In this document: one piece after another, positions 36,724 to 46,037 of the stretch
Position numbering within the stretch: the first letter of the stretch is position 1
Layout of the letters: each line of letters starts with the position of its first letter
DNA from: Bacteroidaceae bacterium
GTDB taxonomy: Bacteria > Bacteroidota > Bacteroidia > Bacteroidales > Barnesiellaceae_A
DNA: 64,000 nt
NCBI GenBank assembly: GCA_017410245.1
Contig: JAFQRE010000043.1
Location: forward strand, 3,346-67,345
Reading direction: 5' to 3'
The notes under the pieces: generated by a model
What the model saw: only the letters and a program-made list of their open reading frames with translations
Told to the model about the DNA's origin: nothing
Database searches by the model: none
Translations under genes and position numbers: made by a program

Positions 36724-37936
36724 TGCTTACCGATTTGACAATCTCAACCTGCATGCCATGAGATAGTTTGTGAAATCCTTCAACTATAATCATTTCGTTT
36801 GAACCAAGCCCTCTTTCAACAATAACATTATTCTTAATTTCGGGGCCTATTTCAACGAAACGTTTTTCCACAATATTATCTTCTCGGACAACGAAAACAA
36901 ATGCACCTCCTTTTTCAATGACAAGTGCCTTCTTGGGCACGATAATGGCATTTTCTCGTACGTCGAGTAGTAGCTTAACCTTAGTGAGTTGCCCCGGCAG
37001 CAATATGTGATCGGGGTTGGGCATCTCGGCACGCACCGAGAATGTTCCGGTATTAGGATTGACTTGAGGGTCGGCAAAGTCTACCATACCCTTTATCGGG
37101 TACTCCGAGTGATCGGCAAGCGTAATGGTTATATAGGGGTTCCAGTTTCGTTCTTCGATTTTCTGACCTAAGTTGACATTGCGTTCTTTGCTTTTGAGAT
37201 AGTCGAGACCTGTCATGCTGAAATTGACTTGTACGGTATCACTGTTTACGATAGTTGCCAAAAGAGATTTACCTCCGGGGCCCACCAATGTACCTATGTC
37301 GGCATCACTTTCGCTGATAAATCCCGAGATGGGCGAACGCACGACAGTGTAGCTTAATGCGATTTCGGCTTGTATAAGGTCGGCTTCGCTCATGATTACC
37401 TCGGCCTTAGCACTCTCGTATACAGCTATGGCATTGTCCAAGTCGAGTCGGCTGGCTGCATTTTGTTCGTATAAGGGTCGTATGCGTTCAAGGTCGCGCT
37501 CGGCTTTTTGTGACAAGGCTTTGTTTTTGTTCAATTGAGCTTTGGCTTTTTCTACTCGTGCCTTGTAGAGTTTCGGGTCAATAGTAAAAAGTATATCGTT
37601 TTTATTGATGTATTTACCTTCTTGGAAGTGCATCTTTTCCAAGTACCCTTCTACTCTGGCTCGTACTTCCACATGTTGCTTAGCTTTTATTTTTCCGGCA
37701 TATTCGCCATATAGCTCAACATTGTCCACAATGACTGGTTGCGCTTCGACAGTGGGATATATAGGAGTAGTCTTCTCCGGTAAATTGATGAGTATAATTA
37801 TGGCTATAATTATAAGAATGGGGGTACCTATTATGAGGTATCTACTCGATGGTGGTAATGATTTTATTCGTTTACCTTTTTCTAATAATGCATAGCACTT
37901 TTTCTTGAAATATTCTGTAGGTATATTAATTTGCAT
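36716..37936 (-). CDS. RND efflux periplasmic adaptor (membrane fusion protein, AcrA-like)
   Basis: It has a single N-terminal anchor and a lipoyl/hairpin region (VEVRARVEGYLEKMHFQEGKYINKNDILFTIDP). It overlaps the RND pump start by 8 nt. Confidence 0.85.
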   Translation of the reverse strand: MQINIPTEYFKKKCYALLEKGKRIKSLPPSSRYLIIGTPILIIIAIIILINLPEKTTPIYPTVEAQPVIVDNVELYGEYAGKIKAKQHVEVRARVEGYLEKMHFQEGKYINKNDILFTIDPKLYKARVEKAKAQLNKNKALSQKAERDLERIRPLYEQNAASRLDLDNAIAVYESAKAEVIMSEADLIQAEIALSYTVVRSPISGFISESDADIGTLVGPGGKSLLATIVNSDTVQVNFSMTGLDYLKSKERNVNLGQKIEERNWNPYITITLADHSEYPIKGMVDFADPQVNPNTGTFSVRAEMPNPDHILLPGQLTKVKLLLDVRENAIIVPKKALVIEKGGAFVFVVREDNIVEKRFVEIGPEIKNNVIVERGLGSNEMIIVEGFHKLSHGMQVEIVKSVSNE

Positions 37937-37990
37937 CTAATACTCCTTTTTAAAAACAATTGATGTCCGATAAAAAACTTTTCACCGTTG

Positions 37991-37998
37991 CAAATATA
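37991..37998 (-). promoter_or_regulatory. putative -7 promoter box for the RND operon
   Basis: The minus strand reads TATATTTG, 55 nt upstream of ATG 37936. Confidence 0.45.
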
Positions 37999-38084
37999 TA
38001 TAAAAGTTGGATATGAATGCTATATTTATATATTTTTAGTATCATATACAAATATGCACACAAGGGTATATAGTCATGTAAAAT

Positions 38085-38118
38085 CACAACGAGGTGGCAT
38101 GTTTGCCACCTCGTTGTG
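38085..38118 (-). terminator. rho-independent terminator of the pectate lyase gene
   Basis: A 15-bp stem: CACAACGAGGTGGCA (38085-38099) pairs with TGCCACCTCGTTGTG (38104-38118). ATTTTA follows on the minus strand. Confidence 0.8.
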
Positions 38119-38138
38119 AGATAATTATGAAGTCCTTA

Positions 38139-40685
38139 TCAACGTACAATCTTGCGTACGGCATTGCCACAACGCACAATGTATATACCTCGTTCAAGGG
38201 GTGTCACATCGACACTGTTGCGTGTAGCTCGCACCAGATGGCCTTGCATGTTATACACCTCTATTATACCATCGGCTGTCACTACGCTACCGTTGTAGGT
38301 AATGGTTTGCTGAGCCTCTATAGTAGCAATCTCTGTAGCACGACTACGTGTGATACTATAATAGTTGAGTCCGGCCGAGCCTTCTACGATTACCGATGTT
38401 ACTCCGGCAGGTACTGTATATAGGCCGGTTGTGGCCGATGTGCTGCTTGTCGAAGCTACAATCTCGCCATCAATGAGCAAGTCGCGCGAGCCCTTACTGC
38501 TACTTGTATGCGAGAAATTGACACTCAATGTCTCTCCCGCTTCTACGGGCACTGTCATGGCAAATGCTCCTTGCAAATATGAGCCTTTCGAGCTATCCCA
38601 ACTGATGCGTACATTACCCTCAAAAGCTATTCCCTCGGTTTCGGCAAAGCCCAACTCGGTGGGACTGTCAAACGAACGGTCATAGCGACTGGTACCATCG
38701 CTCACTTTCACCCATTCGGCATCGGCCTCTACGGCACTGCGGGTAGCGTTACTCCACGACGTGAATATCCATTTCTGCACCTCTTCTTCGGTAGGATCGG
38801 TAGTCTCGCCACCTTCGGTAGTTCCTCCGGTTGTATTACGCCCATCGCTATAGGTAGGATATACATCGATATCGCCGGCTATAACTGCTCCCCGTATAGC
38901 CGACCAACCCGTGAAGGTATAACCCTCCAATTGAGGATTGCCCTGCGGATAGACAATAGTATGCTGATGGGTCATAGTGGCAAATACTTCATTACCCTCT
39001 ACATCGGCATAGTAAGTCACTGTATGGGTTGCGGGGGCAGCTGTAGTCTTGGTAAATGAACCTATCTCGACAAGCGAGGTCTTATAGCCGGTAACAGCAC
39101 TCATCAATTGCGATATGATTGCGTAATTGTGGTCTTGAGCCTCATTATCAAAACACAACCATGTGAAGTCGCCACCTTGCATACGACCGGCTTGAGCCTT
39201 TACCTTAGCCGGCACCGCAATGGCAGCATCGGCATCATAGCTATACATCAACGAGGCGTTGCTATCGAAGTTGTCGTACGAAGTACCGCCACTGAGAGCC
39301 ACATACGACGAAGGCACTTGTTCATCGCGTGTCGAGGCTTGGTAGGCATCGAAGCTGGTAGCACTCACCGCGGTAGATCCCGAGCCCTCAACGCTATTGG
39401 CTGTAATATAGCTGAAGTTGTTGCTACACTCTACAAAGAGGTTGCCATACGACTTTATAATACCACCATTCTCGCCCGAGAATGTACCATCACCTGTAGC
39501 ATCGGTTCCTTGCAACGACGACATCATAGGGCGGTTGGTATTGCGGAAGTAGTTATTCTCAACAAAAGTACTCGACCCGGTAGTAACACCTACTCCATAC
39601 TTCGACACACCATCATAGAGGTTGTTATATACGTGTACACTCATACGACGTACACGTGGGTGACGTGAGTCGCTGTGGTCAAACCAATTGTGATGATACG
39701 ACATATAGTTAGGTCCACTCTCCGACTTCATACCGCACAGCGACATCTTACCTGCGTCCCAAAAGTGTATATATGAGTAGGTACAATATTGCGAATCATC
39801 TTTGACATCGAGCGAGCCGTCACCTTTGTCTTGGTCGGCATCACTTCCGGCCTTACCATAGAATATATCGCAATGATGTACCCACACCTTTACCGACTCC
39901 TTGAGCGAGATACCATCGTCATTAAAGAGCATAATACCCAAGTTGCGCACCTCTATATTATTGGCTCTCACTATCACCAATCCCCAGTCACTCAGGTAGG
40001 CATCATTACCTATACCCTCAAAGGTTATCTGTATGGGCGTAGTATTGGCCTTACCCTTTATCTGCATAGCATCGGCATCGCCGTAGAGCTGGTCGCTGGT
40101 CATATTTATGTCACCGATAAATCGTATGGCCAACGGACGCTTTTCTAAGCCTTTTTCGTAAGCCTTCAATATATTGCCAAGACCTGTGAGGGTAGTTTCG
40201 GTCTTACCATTGAGTATAGGCAGTGTCACATTATCCACATTGGTATTGTCTATATACAATACACGGGCATTCTCTTTGAGTGTTCCATCGTTGTTATAGG
40301 CACCTACAGCCACACCGTCTTTATGGGCAAATCCGGCACGATCGTACGCTGCAACAGTAACTGTTTCCGAGACAGCCTCACTGCCGGCCAACTCACGACC
40401 ATTGGCGGTAGCTACTACCTTGAAATGATATTCTCCTGCCGCTAAACCTACAGCATCGGCACGACCATAATAGCCATAATTGCGTATGAGTTGGCTATCG
40501 AGCAATGTCCACTCCGACGATGAGGTCGTCTTGACATATACATTATACATATCGGCATCGGCATAATGGTCCCAAGTAACAAAGGCACTCTCAAACCACC
40601 CTTGCGCTTGTTTGATACCCACTTGCGCATAGACTGCAAACACACTTATCAACGTAAGCAACAACGATAATAGTCTGTACTTCAT
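38139..40685 (-). CDS. secreted multidomain PL1-family pectate lyase with a Listeria-Bacteroides repeat, a CBM-like module and a T9SS CTD
   Basis: Signal peptide LLLTLISVFAVYAQ. PL1 motifs are VWVHHCDI, DGSLDVKD and SRHPRVRRMSVHVYNNLY. GYTFTGWSA is a Flg_new repeat. The C-terminus is IIEVYNMQGHLVRATRNSVDVTPLERGIYIVRCGNAVRKIVR. Confidence 0.85.
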   Translation of the reverse strand: MKYRLLSLLLTLISVFAVYAQVGIKQAQGWFESAFVTWDHYADADMYNVYVKTTSSSEWTLLDSQLIRNYGYYGRADAVGLAAGEYHFKVVATANGRELAGSEAVSETVTVAAYDRAGFAHKDGVAVGAYNNDGTLKENARVLYIDNTNVDNVTLPILNGKTETTLTGLGNILKAYEKGLEKRPLAIRFIGDINMTSDQLYGDADAMQIKGKANTTPIQITFEGIGNDAYLSDWGLVIVRANNIEVRNLGIMLFNDDGISLKESVKVWVHHCDIFYGKAGSDADQDKGDGSLDVKDDSQYCTYSYIHFWDAGKMSLCGMKSESGPNYMSYHHNWFDHSDSRHPRVRRMSVHVYNNLYDGVSKYGVGVTTGSSTFVENNYFRNTNRPMMSSLQGTDATGDGTFSGENGGIIKSYGNLFVECSNNFSYITANSVEGSGSTAVSATSFDAYQASTRDEQVPSSYVALSGGTSYDNFDSNASLMYSYDADAAIAVPAKVKAQAGRMQGGDFTWLCFDNEAQDHNYAIISQLMSAVTGYKTSLVEIGSFTKTTAAPATHTVTYYADVEGNEVFATMTHQHTIVYPQGNPQLEGYTFTGWSAIRGAVIAGDIDVYPTYSDGRNTTGGTTEGGETTDPTEEEVQKWIFTSWSNATRSAVEADAEWVKVSDGTSRYDRSFDSPTELGFAETEGIAFEGNVRISWDSSKGSYLQGAFAMTVPVEAGETLSVNFSHTSSSKGSRDLLIDGEIVASTSSTSATTGLYTVPAGVTSVIVEGSAGLNYYSITRSRATEIATIEAQQTITYNGSVVTADGIIEVYNMQGHLVRATRNSVDVTPLERGIYIVRCGNAVRKIVR

Positions 40686-40770
40686 TTTCTTTATATTATT
40701 ATTGGTTTTCTCAAATACTCTATTCCTACTGATGCGATAGCATTATTTTTTCGCACTACTTTTCAAGCTA

Positions 40771-40778
40771 CAAACATA
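40771..40778 (-). promoter_or_regulatory. putative -7 promoter box for the pectate lyase gene
   Basis: The minus strand reads TATGTTTG, 86 nt upstream of ATG 40685. Confidence 0.4.
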
Positions 40779-40868
40779 AGATTTTTTATCGTAATAGCAA
40801 CTGTTTTATTTACACTATTTTATGTATCGTATATCCTGACTCATTCAGCCTATGACAACACTCAATGC

Positions 40869-40907
40869 AGAAAACGACCTCGATGTGCCTATTTACACAC
40901 CGAGGTC
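40869..40907 (-). terminator. rho-independent terminator of the 610-aa cargo gene
   Basis: CGACCTCGATGTG (40874-40886) pairs with CACACCGAGGTCG (40895-40907) with one mismatch. TTTT follows on the minus strand. Confidence 0.65.
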
Positions 40908-40951
40908 GCTTGAGTTCTTTATATCATCGTGGCATACTGCCACACTTGTTG

Positions 40952-42784
40952 CTATCGCACCACCTTGCGCACTTTGTCGCCACAACGCACAATATAGACA
41001 CCACGATTGAGGTCGCGCAACACTACGCAATCTTGGCCACGAGCCACCAACACGCCACCAGTACTATATACCTCTATAGCACCATCGGCATGCACCTCTC
41101 CATTGGTGTAGTCAATATCCACACCCCACTCTACACGTTCCACCGAAGTACCTACAGCCTGCCATTCATCGGTTGTAAGATTGTAGGTAGTAGAAGACTT
41201 CCCATCGTAATATTTCACGCCCGAGGTCTTATAAACGACACCCGACAAGTCGAGCGTGCTGATGTTCTCGGGAATAGCTACCGATGCGGGTACTTGTATA
41301 AACTCTACATGAGTATATACCGGCTCCTCTGTAGCACGAGTAGGCACATTGTATTGTGATAGGTAGAAACAATATGTATTGGCCTCAAGACCTTCGTTGA
41401 AACCTCTTACCCATGTATATGTGCCGGTATTCTTGTTGGTAAAGTGAGCAACATACCAGCAACCACCTTCAGGCTCACCCCATACATCGCCCATGTAGAT
41501 ATAGTAGCATTTATCGCTCAAAATATTGGCGACAAGAGATTTCTTGTATATCGATATAGGTTTTTGACCTGATGAGTAACAAGAAAATAACGAAGCGGAT
41601 TGATTATATCGCATCACGTTTCTTGTATTAGCTCCTTGTGCAATTATGGTTGCCTCGCCTTCTGTGGTTACAGAGATATTCCAACTGCTATTATCAGATA
41701 ACGAAGCCTCTGTTTTTAAATGATTATTACTGCTACTTGCCGCATAGAGATATCCTTCACCGGTATAAAAAGCATACTTGCCATCAATAGTTCCTGCATG
41801 AAGAGTCAATACTTGCACTTCATCATTTATCGACACCACATCTCCGTCCTTTGTAATTCCAACAGCACCTCTATTACTAGTCTTTTGATTGGTCGATAAA
41901 GCATAAGACTCTTCTTTGGCTACAATCACTATCTCGTCTCCAACCTTCAGCGTACCATTATCTTTCACAAGTGTCCATTTATAGTTCTCTTCTACTATAT
42001 CTTCGGCTTTTTTGGTAAACTCTGCTGTAACAACAGCACTATAGTTACCTTGCTCATTGACAGCCATAGCCTTTACAGTTGTGGTCTCGGTAATAGTAAA
42101 GGGGGCAGTATAAACTGTATGCACATCTTCAGTAGGATCATCACCGGTGAGGGTGTACCACACTTCATCATCTGCAACAATAGTAACCTCTTGACTACCT
42201 TCAAACTCACCGCCATTGGGCTCTATAACAGGATTTTCGGGTGTATCCGGAGCCTCAATAGTTTGATTTAGCCTATAAATAGCAACGTCTTCTTGACCTG
42301 TGGAATAACAAGAAAATAGCTTAGATGATGAGTTATATCGCAACCAATTCCTTGTATTAGTTCCCTGCGACTTAATAGTTGCAATTCCGGTTCCATCTAT
42401 AGTAACACTCCAACTACCATCATTTGAAAGGGTTGTCTGAGTTCTTAAATAATTCTTACTACTACTTGCAGCATAAAGATATCCAGCACCGGTGTAGAAG
42501 GCAAAAGTACCATCTTTTTTACCCAATTCTATAGTCAGAATTTGTACATTATCATTAATAATTACGCAGTTATTTTCTTTGGTTATGGCTTCTGGATCAC
42601 GATTATTTCCATTCTGCGTGGTAGAAAGAGCAAAATTATGTTTTTTAGCAACAATCACGACTTGATCATTAACAGCAAGAGCACTTGCATCTGTAACAAG
42701 CTCCCATGTTTGTGCATAACCTATTGCTCCCACAGCTACAAATAGAACTGCAAGCAACGAGCGTAAGAATGTAGATTTTTTCAT
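40952..42784 (-). CDS. secreted T9SS cargo protein of unknown function: two tandem ~147-aa domains flanking a chitobiase/hexosaminidase-C-like Ig module, an unknown C-terminal region, then a CTD
   Basis: Signal peptide LLAVLFVAVGAIGYAQ. The duplicated domain carries (F/Y)AFYTGxGYLYAASSS and LFSCYS(T/S)GQ. EVWYTLTGDDPTE...YTAPFTITETTTVKA is a CHB_HEX_C-like motif. The C-terminus is AIEVYSTGGVLVARGQDCVVLRDLNRGVYIVRCGDKVRKVVR. Confidence 0.85.
   Translation of the reverse strand: MKKSTFLRSLLAVLFVAVGAIGYAQTWELVTDASALAVNDQVVIVAKKHNFALSTTQNGNNRDPEAITKENNCVIINDNVQILTIELGKKDGTFAFYTGAGYLYAASSSKNYLRTQTTLSNDGSWSVTIDGTGIATIKSQGTNTRNWLRYNSSSKLFSCYSTGQEDVAIYRLNQTIEAPDTPENPVIEPNGGEFEGSQEVTIVADDEVWYTLTGDDPTEDVHTVYTAPFTITETTTVKAMAVNEQGNYSAVVTAEFTKKAEDIVEENYKWTLVKDNGTLKVGDEIVIVAKEESYALSTNQKTSNRGAVGITKDGDVVSINDEVQVLTLHAGTIDGKYAFYTGEGYLYAASSSNNHLKTEASLSDNSSWNISVTTEGEATIIAQGANTRNVMRYNQSASLFSCYSSGQKPISIYKKSLVANILSDKCYYIYMGDVWGEPEGGCWYVAHFTNKNTGTYTWVRGFNEGLEANTYCFYLSQYNVPTRATEEPVYTHVEFIQVPASVAIPENISTLDLSGVVYKTSGVKYYDGKSSTTYNLTTDEWQAVGTSVERVEWGVDIDYTNGEVHADGAIEVYSTGGVLVARGQDCVVLRDLNRGVYIVRCGDKVRKVVR
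41543..41980 (-). repeat. intragenic domain repeat copy 2 (aa 269-414)
   Basis: YKWTLVKDNGTLKVGDEIVIVAKEESYALSTNQ...KYAFYTGEGYLYAASSSNNHLKTEASLSDNSSWNISV...NTRNVMRYNQSASLFSCYSSGQKPISIYK aligns along its full length with copy 1. Confidence 0.8.
42269..42709 (-). repeat. intragenic domain repeat copy 1 (aa 26-172)
   Basis: TWELVTDASALAVNDQVVIVAKKHNFALSTTQ...TFAFYTGAGYLYAASSSKNYLRTQTTLSNDGSWSVTI...NTRNWLRYNSSSKLFSCYSTGQEDVAIYR. Similarity to copy 2 is also visible at the nucleotide level. Confidence 0.8.
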
Positions 42785-42830
42785 ATATTAGTTATTTACA
42801 TGTTATTATATCTGCACTATATCAGAGGCA

Positions 42831-42838
42831 CAAAGGTA
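42831..42838 (-). promoter_or_regulatory. putative -7 promoter box for the 610-aa cargo gene
   Basis: The minus strand reads TACCTTTG, 47 nt upstream of ATG 42784. Confidence 0.45.
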
Positions 42839-42897
42839 TGATATATATAATAGAAATACAATTACATTTGTTAAAAAATACTACTCGGGGAGGGATA

Positions 42898-44304
42898 TTA
42901 CTTTCTACCTATCAAGGCACGCAATATACGAGGTATATCGGTATTGTCTAGCCAACCCTCATTGTCGAACTTATCGGCACCTGCACCAATGGCAAAAATG
43001 GGCACCGGATTGCCACTGTGACTATAGGTAGTCCAACCCATGCCAAACTTCAGCGAATACAATTTATAAATCTCATTGGTAAGGTTGTCGAAACTTGCAT
43101 ATAGGGTCTTTACATCTTTGCTACGATTGTCCAAAAGCTCTTGGAAAGCAACCATCAGCCTACCCTCTTCGCCGGCTGTGATAGCTATTTCATCGCCAAG
43201 CCCAATAGCGTCGGCCATCAGCTCTCGCACCTGACTCCACGTTGTCTTACGGCCATGTTGTTGCAACAATTGTCGCAAGCGGTCGCCAAATTCGCCTTTC
43301 GACACAGTAGCATACTGCACATTACCCAATGCAGGTAGGCCGTTGCCCTCAACGCCCAACGAAAGGCCTCCAGTCTCATGGTCGGCTGTGATGATAATGA
43401 GTGTCTCGCGAGGGTGTTGCTTGTAGAACTCATAAGCCACACGCACAGCGTCATCAAATTCTTCTATTTCGCGCAACACTCCCGAGGGGTCGTTCGAGTG
43501 TCCCATGTGGTCTATTGCGCCACCCTCGGCCATCATAAAAAATCCTCGGGGATATTTCTTGTGCATATAGTCTATACTGCTACGCACCATCTGAGGCAAT
43601 GTCATATCACCATTATCGCCATCTACGGCATAACCTATGCGATTTTCGGTTGTTGAGTCGGCATCGAGCCACAGCACGCGCGAGGCATCGAGAGGCAACT
43701 CATAACCATCACGACCTCGCACCACTGTATAGCCGGCCTCGGCATAATGGTCAAACACATTACCCTCTACTTTTGCCCGCTTGCCATAGGGATCGCGGAA
43801 GTAGGCTCCGGCAAGCAAGTCAAACCCGCTCTCGGCACCTTGTAGAGCTATGTGATGATAGTTATGACGCGAAGGCTGTGTGGCATAAAACGATGCCGGA
43901 GTTGCATCATCAATACAGACGCTTGTAAGTATGGCTACTCCCCGACCGGTCGATTGCATATCGTATGCTACCGACTTGAGTGCAAAGGTATCGGCGTTCA
44001 TACCTATCATACCGTTGCGGGTCTTGCTACCGGTTGCCAAGGCTGTACCGGCTGCTGCCGAATCGGTTATCTCATTGTCGGCCGAATAGGTTGTTACTAT
44101 GCCCGACACAGGAAACTGATAGAAGTGCATTTCGCCATCTACACCATATTGCTTGTCGTAGGTACGCAACACCTGCACTTGGCCAAGTCCCATACCATCG
44201 CCTATAAAATAAAATATATACTTGGGTTGTGCGCCCTGCGTGGTGGCCCATGATGTTACTATGAGCAACACCCATAACGATAATATACGTTTTAGAGATT
44301 TCAT
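42898..44304 (-). CDS. alkaline phosphatase (PhoA family)
   Basis: Signal peptide, then YIFYFIGDGMGLGQV, TDSAAAGTALATG (catalytic Ser block) and ADHETGG. Confidence 0.9.
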   Translation of the reverse strand: MKSLKRILSLWVLLIVTSWATTQGAQPKYIFYFIGDGMGLGQVQVLRTYDKQYGVDGEMHFYQFPVSGIVTTYSADNEITDSAAAGTALATGSKTRNGMIGMNADTFALKSVAYDMQSTGRGVAILTSVCIDDATPASFYATQPSRHNYHHIALQGAESGFDLLAGAYFRDPYGKRAKVEGNVFDHYAEAGYTVVRGRDGYELPLDASRVLWLDADSTTENRIGYAVDGDNGDMTLPQMVRSSIDYMHKKYPRGFFMMAEGGAIDHMGHSNDPSGVLREIEEFDDAVRVAYEFYKQHPRETLIIITADHETGGLSLGVEGNGLPALGNVQYATVSKGEFGDRLRQLLQQHGRKTTWSQVRELMADAIGLGDEIAITAGEEGRLMVAFQELLDNRSKDVKTLYASFDNLTNEIYKLYSLKFGMGWTTYSHSGNPVPIFAIGAGADKFDNEGWLDNTDIPRILRALIGRK

Positions 44305-44343
44305 ATCTTATTGATAGTTAATTTATCGGCAAACCGAATTGTT

Positions 44344-46026
44344 TTATTGGCGTGCTCTACGCATGTATTGTCGCAGTAGAGTTGCATTGACTTGCGCCGG
44401 GGTGGTAACAGACAAGATGGCCGGATACTCCGACTCGGCAAAGAATTGCGACAAAACCATCTGCAACGCATCTACACTATCGGCATTGAAATACTTGTAG
44501 CCATGCAATTGCGCATATCCCTCGATGGGTTGTCGGTAACTTACTTCAAAGCATTCCTCAAGTTCGGGCAAGTCGGAAAGCCCTTTGATAAAACGAAAGA
44601 TACCTCCACCACCATTATTCAATACCACTATCTTAAAACGAGGCGAGGCCAAGCGTGTAGCCAATGCAGCCACATCATAGCCGAAACTCATGTCGCCCGT
44701 AATGAGCAGGTGTAATTTATCATCGACCATCGATGCTCCCAATGCCGTAGAGGTACTGCCATCTATACCACTCACTCCTCTATTGCAATATGAGGCCTCG
44801 ACTTGAGACGTATCGAACAACTGCGCATAACGAATAGATGTACCGTTAGAAAGATGCAACACAGTGCCTTGAGGTATAGCCGGCAGTAGCAAGGCCATTG
44901 CACTCAAGTCGCACCAGGGTGCACTATCGACAACACGATTGTGCAGGGCGGTAGCTACCACTTCACGCTCACTCCACAACGAGGCATAAGACGACTCGGC
45001 CGGCGAGCACATGGGAGCCAATTGCGCCAACAACGAGGCTGCATCAACCGCAATGCGATGCGTAAGCGACTGCATAGTGTCTATGACATGCGACTCTTGA
45101 CCTATGCGCCAATGACAACGAGGCTTGTAGGTGCGCAGGAACTCTTTGACCATACGCGACACCGGCGCACCGCCCAATGTTATGAGCAATTGAGGTGCAA
45201 ATTGCGACTTTTCGCTATTATCTATAGCCGTAAGCACACGATCGATGGTGGGTATAAAATGGTCGTCATGCAAGTTGGCTATACTTTCGGTGAGAACTAC
45301 CACTTGAGGCAGACGCGCCAAAATACTCAGAGACTCTTGTAGCTGCGGCGATGGCATCTGCATCGTAGCCAAAATCAAGACTTTATCGGTGGTTGATATT
45401 TCAGCGGCCAACCGTTGTGCATCGGCTACGGACAGTTGCATTTGAGGTACAACATCTACCACCGGTATGGGGTGGCAAGGTGGCACATCGGCAACAGCAC
45501 ACAAGTTTCCACCCAAAGGAACATTGATATGTACCGGTCCGCAACAAGGCGTTACGGCACGCAACAGTGCCTCATTAACTACCCGACGCGCATACCACAG
45601 TGAGGTATCATCATCGCGCATAGGCAGGTGGTACGATTGCTTAACAATAGGAGCCAATACTCCATGTTGCCGTATTGTTTGGCTGTCATCTTGGTCTATC
45701 CACTCATCGGGACGATCGGCCGAAATAACAATGAGAGGCACATGACGATAAAATGCCTCGGCTACAGCAGGAGCATAGTTGAGCAAGGCTGTCCCCGAAG
45801 TACATACAACAGCTGTAGGCTCACCGGTGCGAGTAGCCATACCAAGGGCTATAAAACCGGCCACACGCTCATCTACTACCACATGATGCTCAATAGACCT
45901 TTCGCGCGAGAAAGCCACCAACAGAGGGGCGTTGCGCGATCCGGGTGACAACACCACCCTACGCACACCATGTGCCACACACAAGGCTACCAACTCTCTA
46001 CAAATGGTATATGCTGTATTTTCCAT
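44344..46026 (-). CDS. menD: 2-succinyl-5-enolpyruvyl-6-hydroxy-3-cyclohexene-1-carboxylate synthase
   Basis: VVLSPGSRNAPL, CTSGTALLNYAPAVAEA and the ThDP motif ITGDMSFGYD....LNNGGGGIF are present. It is adjacent to menF. Confidence 0.9.
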   Translation of the reverse strand: MENTAYTICRELVALCVAHGVRRVVLSPGSRNAPLLVAFSRERSIEHHVVVDERVAGFIALGMATRTGEPTAVVCTSGTALLNYAPAVAEAFYRHVPLIVISADRPDEWIDQDDSQTIRQHGVLAPIVKQSYHLPMRDDDTSLWYARRVVNEALLRAVTPCCGPVHINVPLGGNLCAVADVPPCHPIPVVDVVPQMQLSVADAQRLAAEISTTDKVLILATMQMPSPQLQESLSILARLPQVVVLTESIANLHDDHFIPTIDRVLTAIDNSEKSQFAPQLLITLGGAPVSRMVKEFLRTYKPRCHWRIGQESHVIDTMQSLTHRIAVDAASLLAQLAPMCSPAESSYASLWSEREVVATALHNRVVDSAPWCDLSAMALLLPAIPQGTVLHLSNGTSIRYAQLFDTSQVEASYCNRGVSGIDGSTSTALGASMVDDKLHLLITGDMSFGYDVAALATRLASPRFKIVVLNNGGGGIFRFIKGLSDLPELEECFEVSYRQPIEGYAQLHGYKYFNADSVDALQMVLSQFFAESEYPAILSVTTPAQVNATLLRQYMRRARQ

Positions 46027-46037
46027 TGTCTATATCT

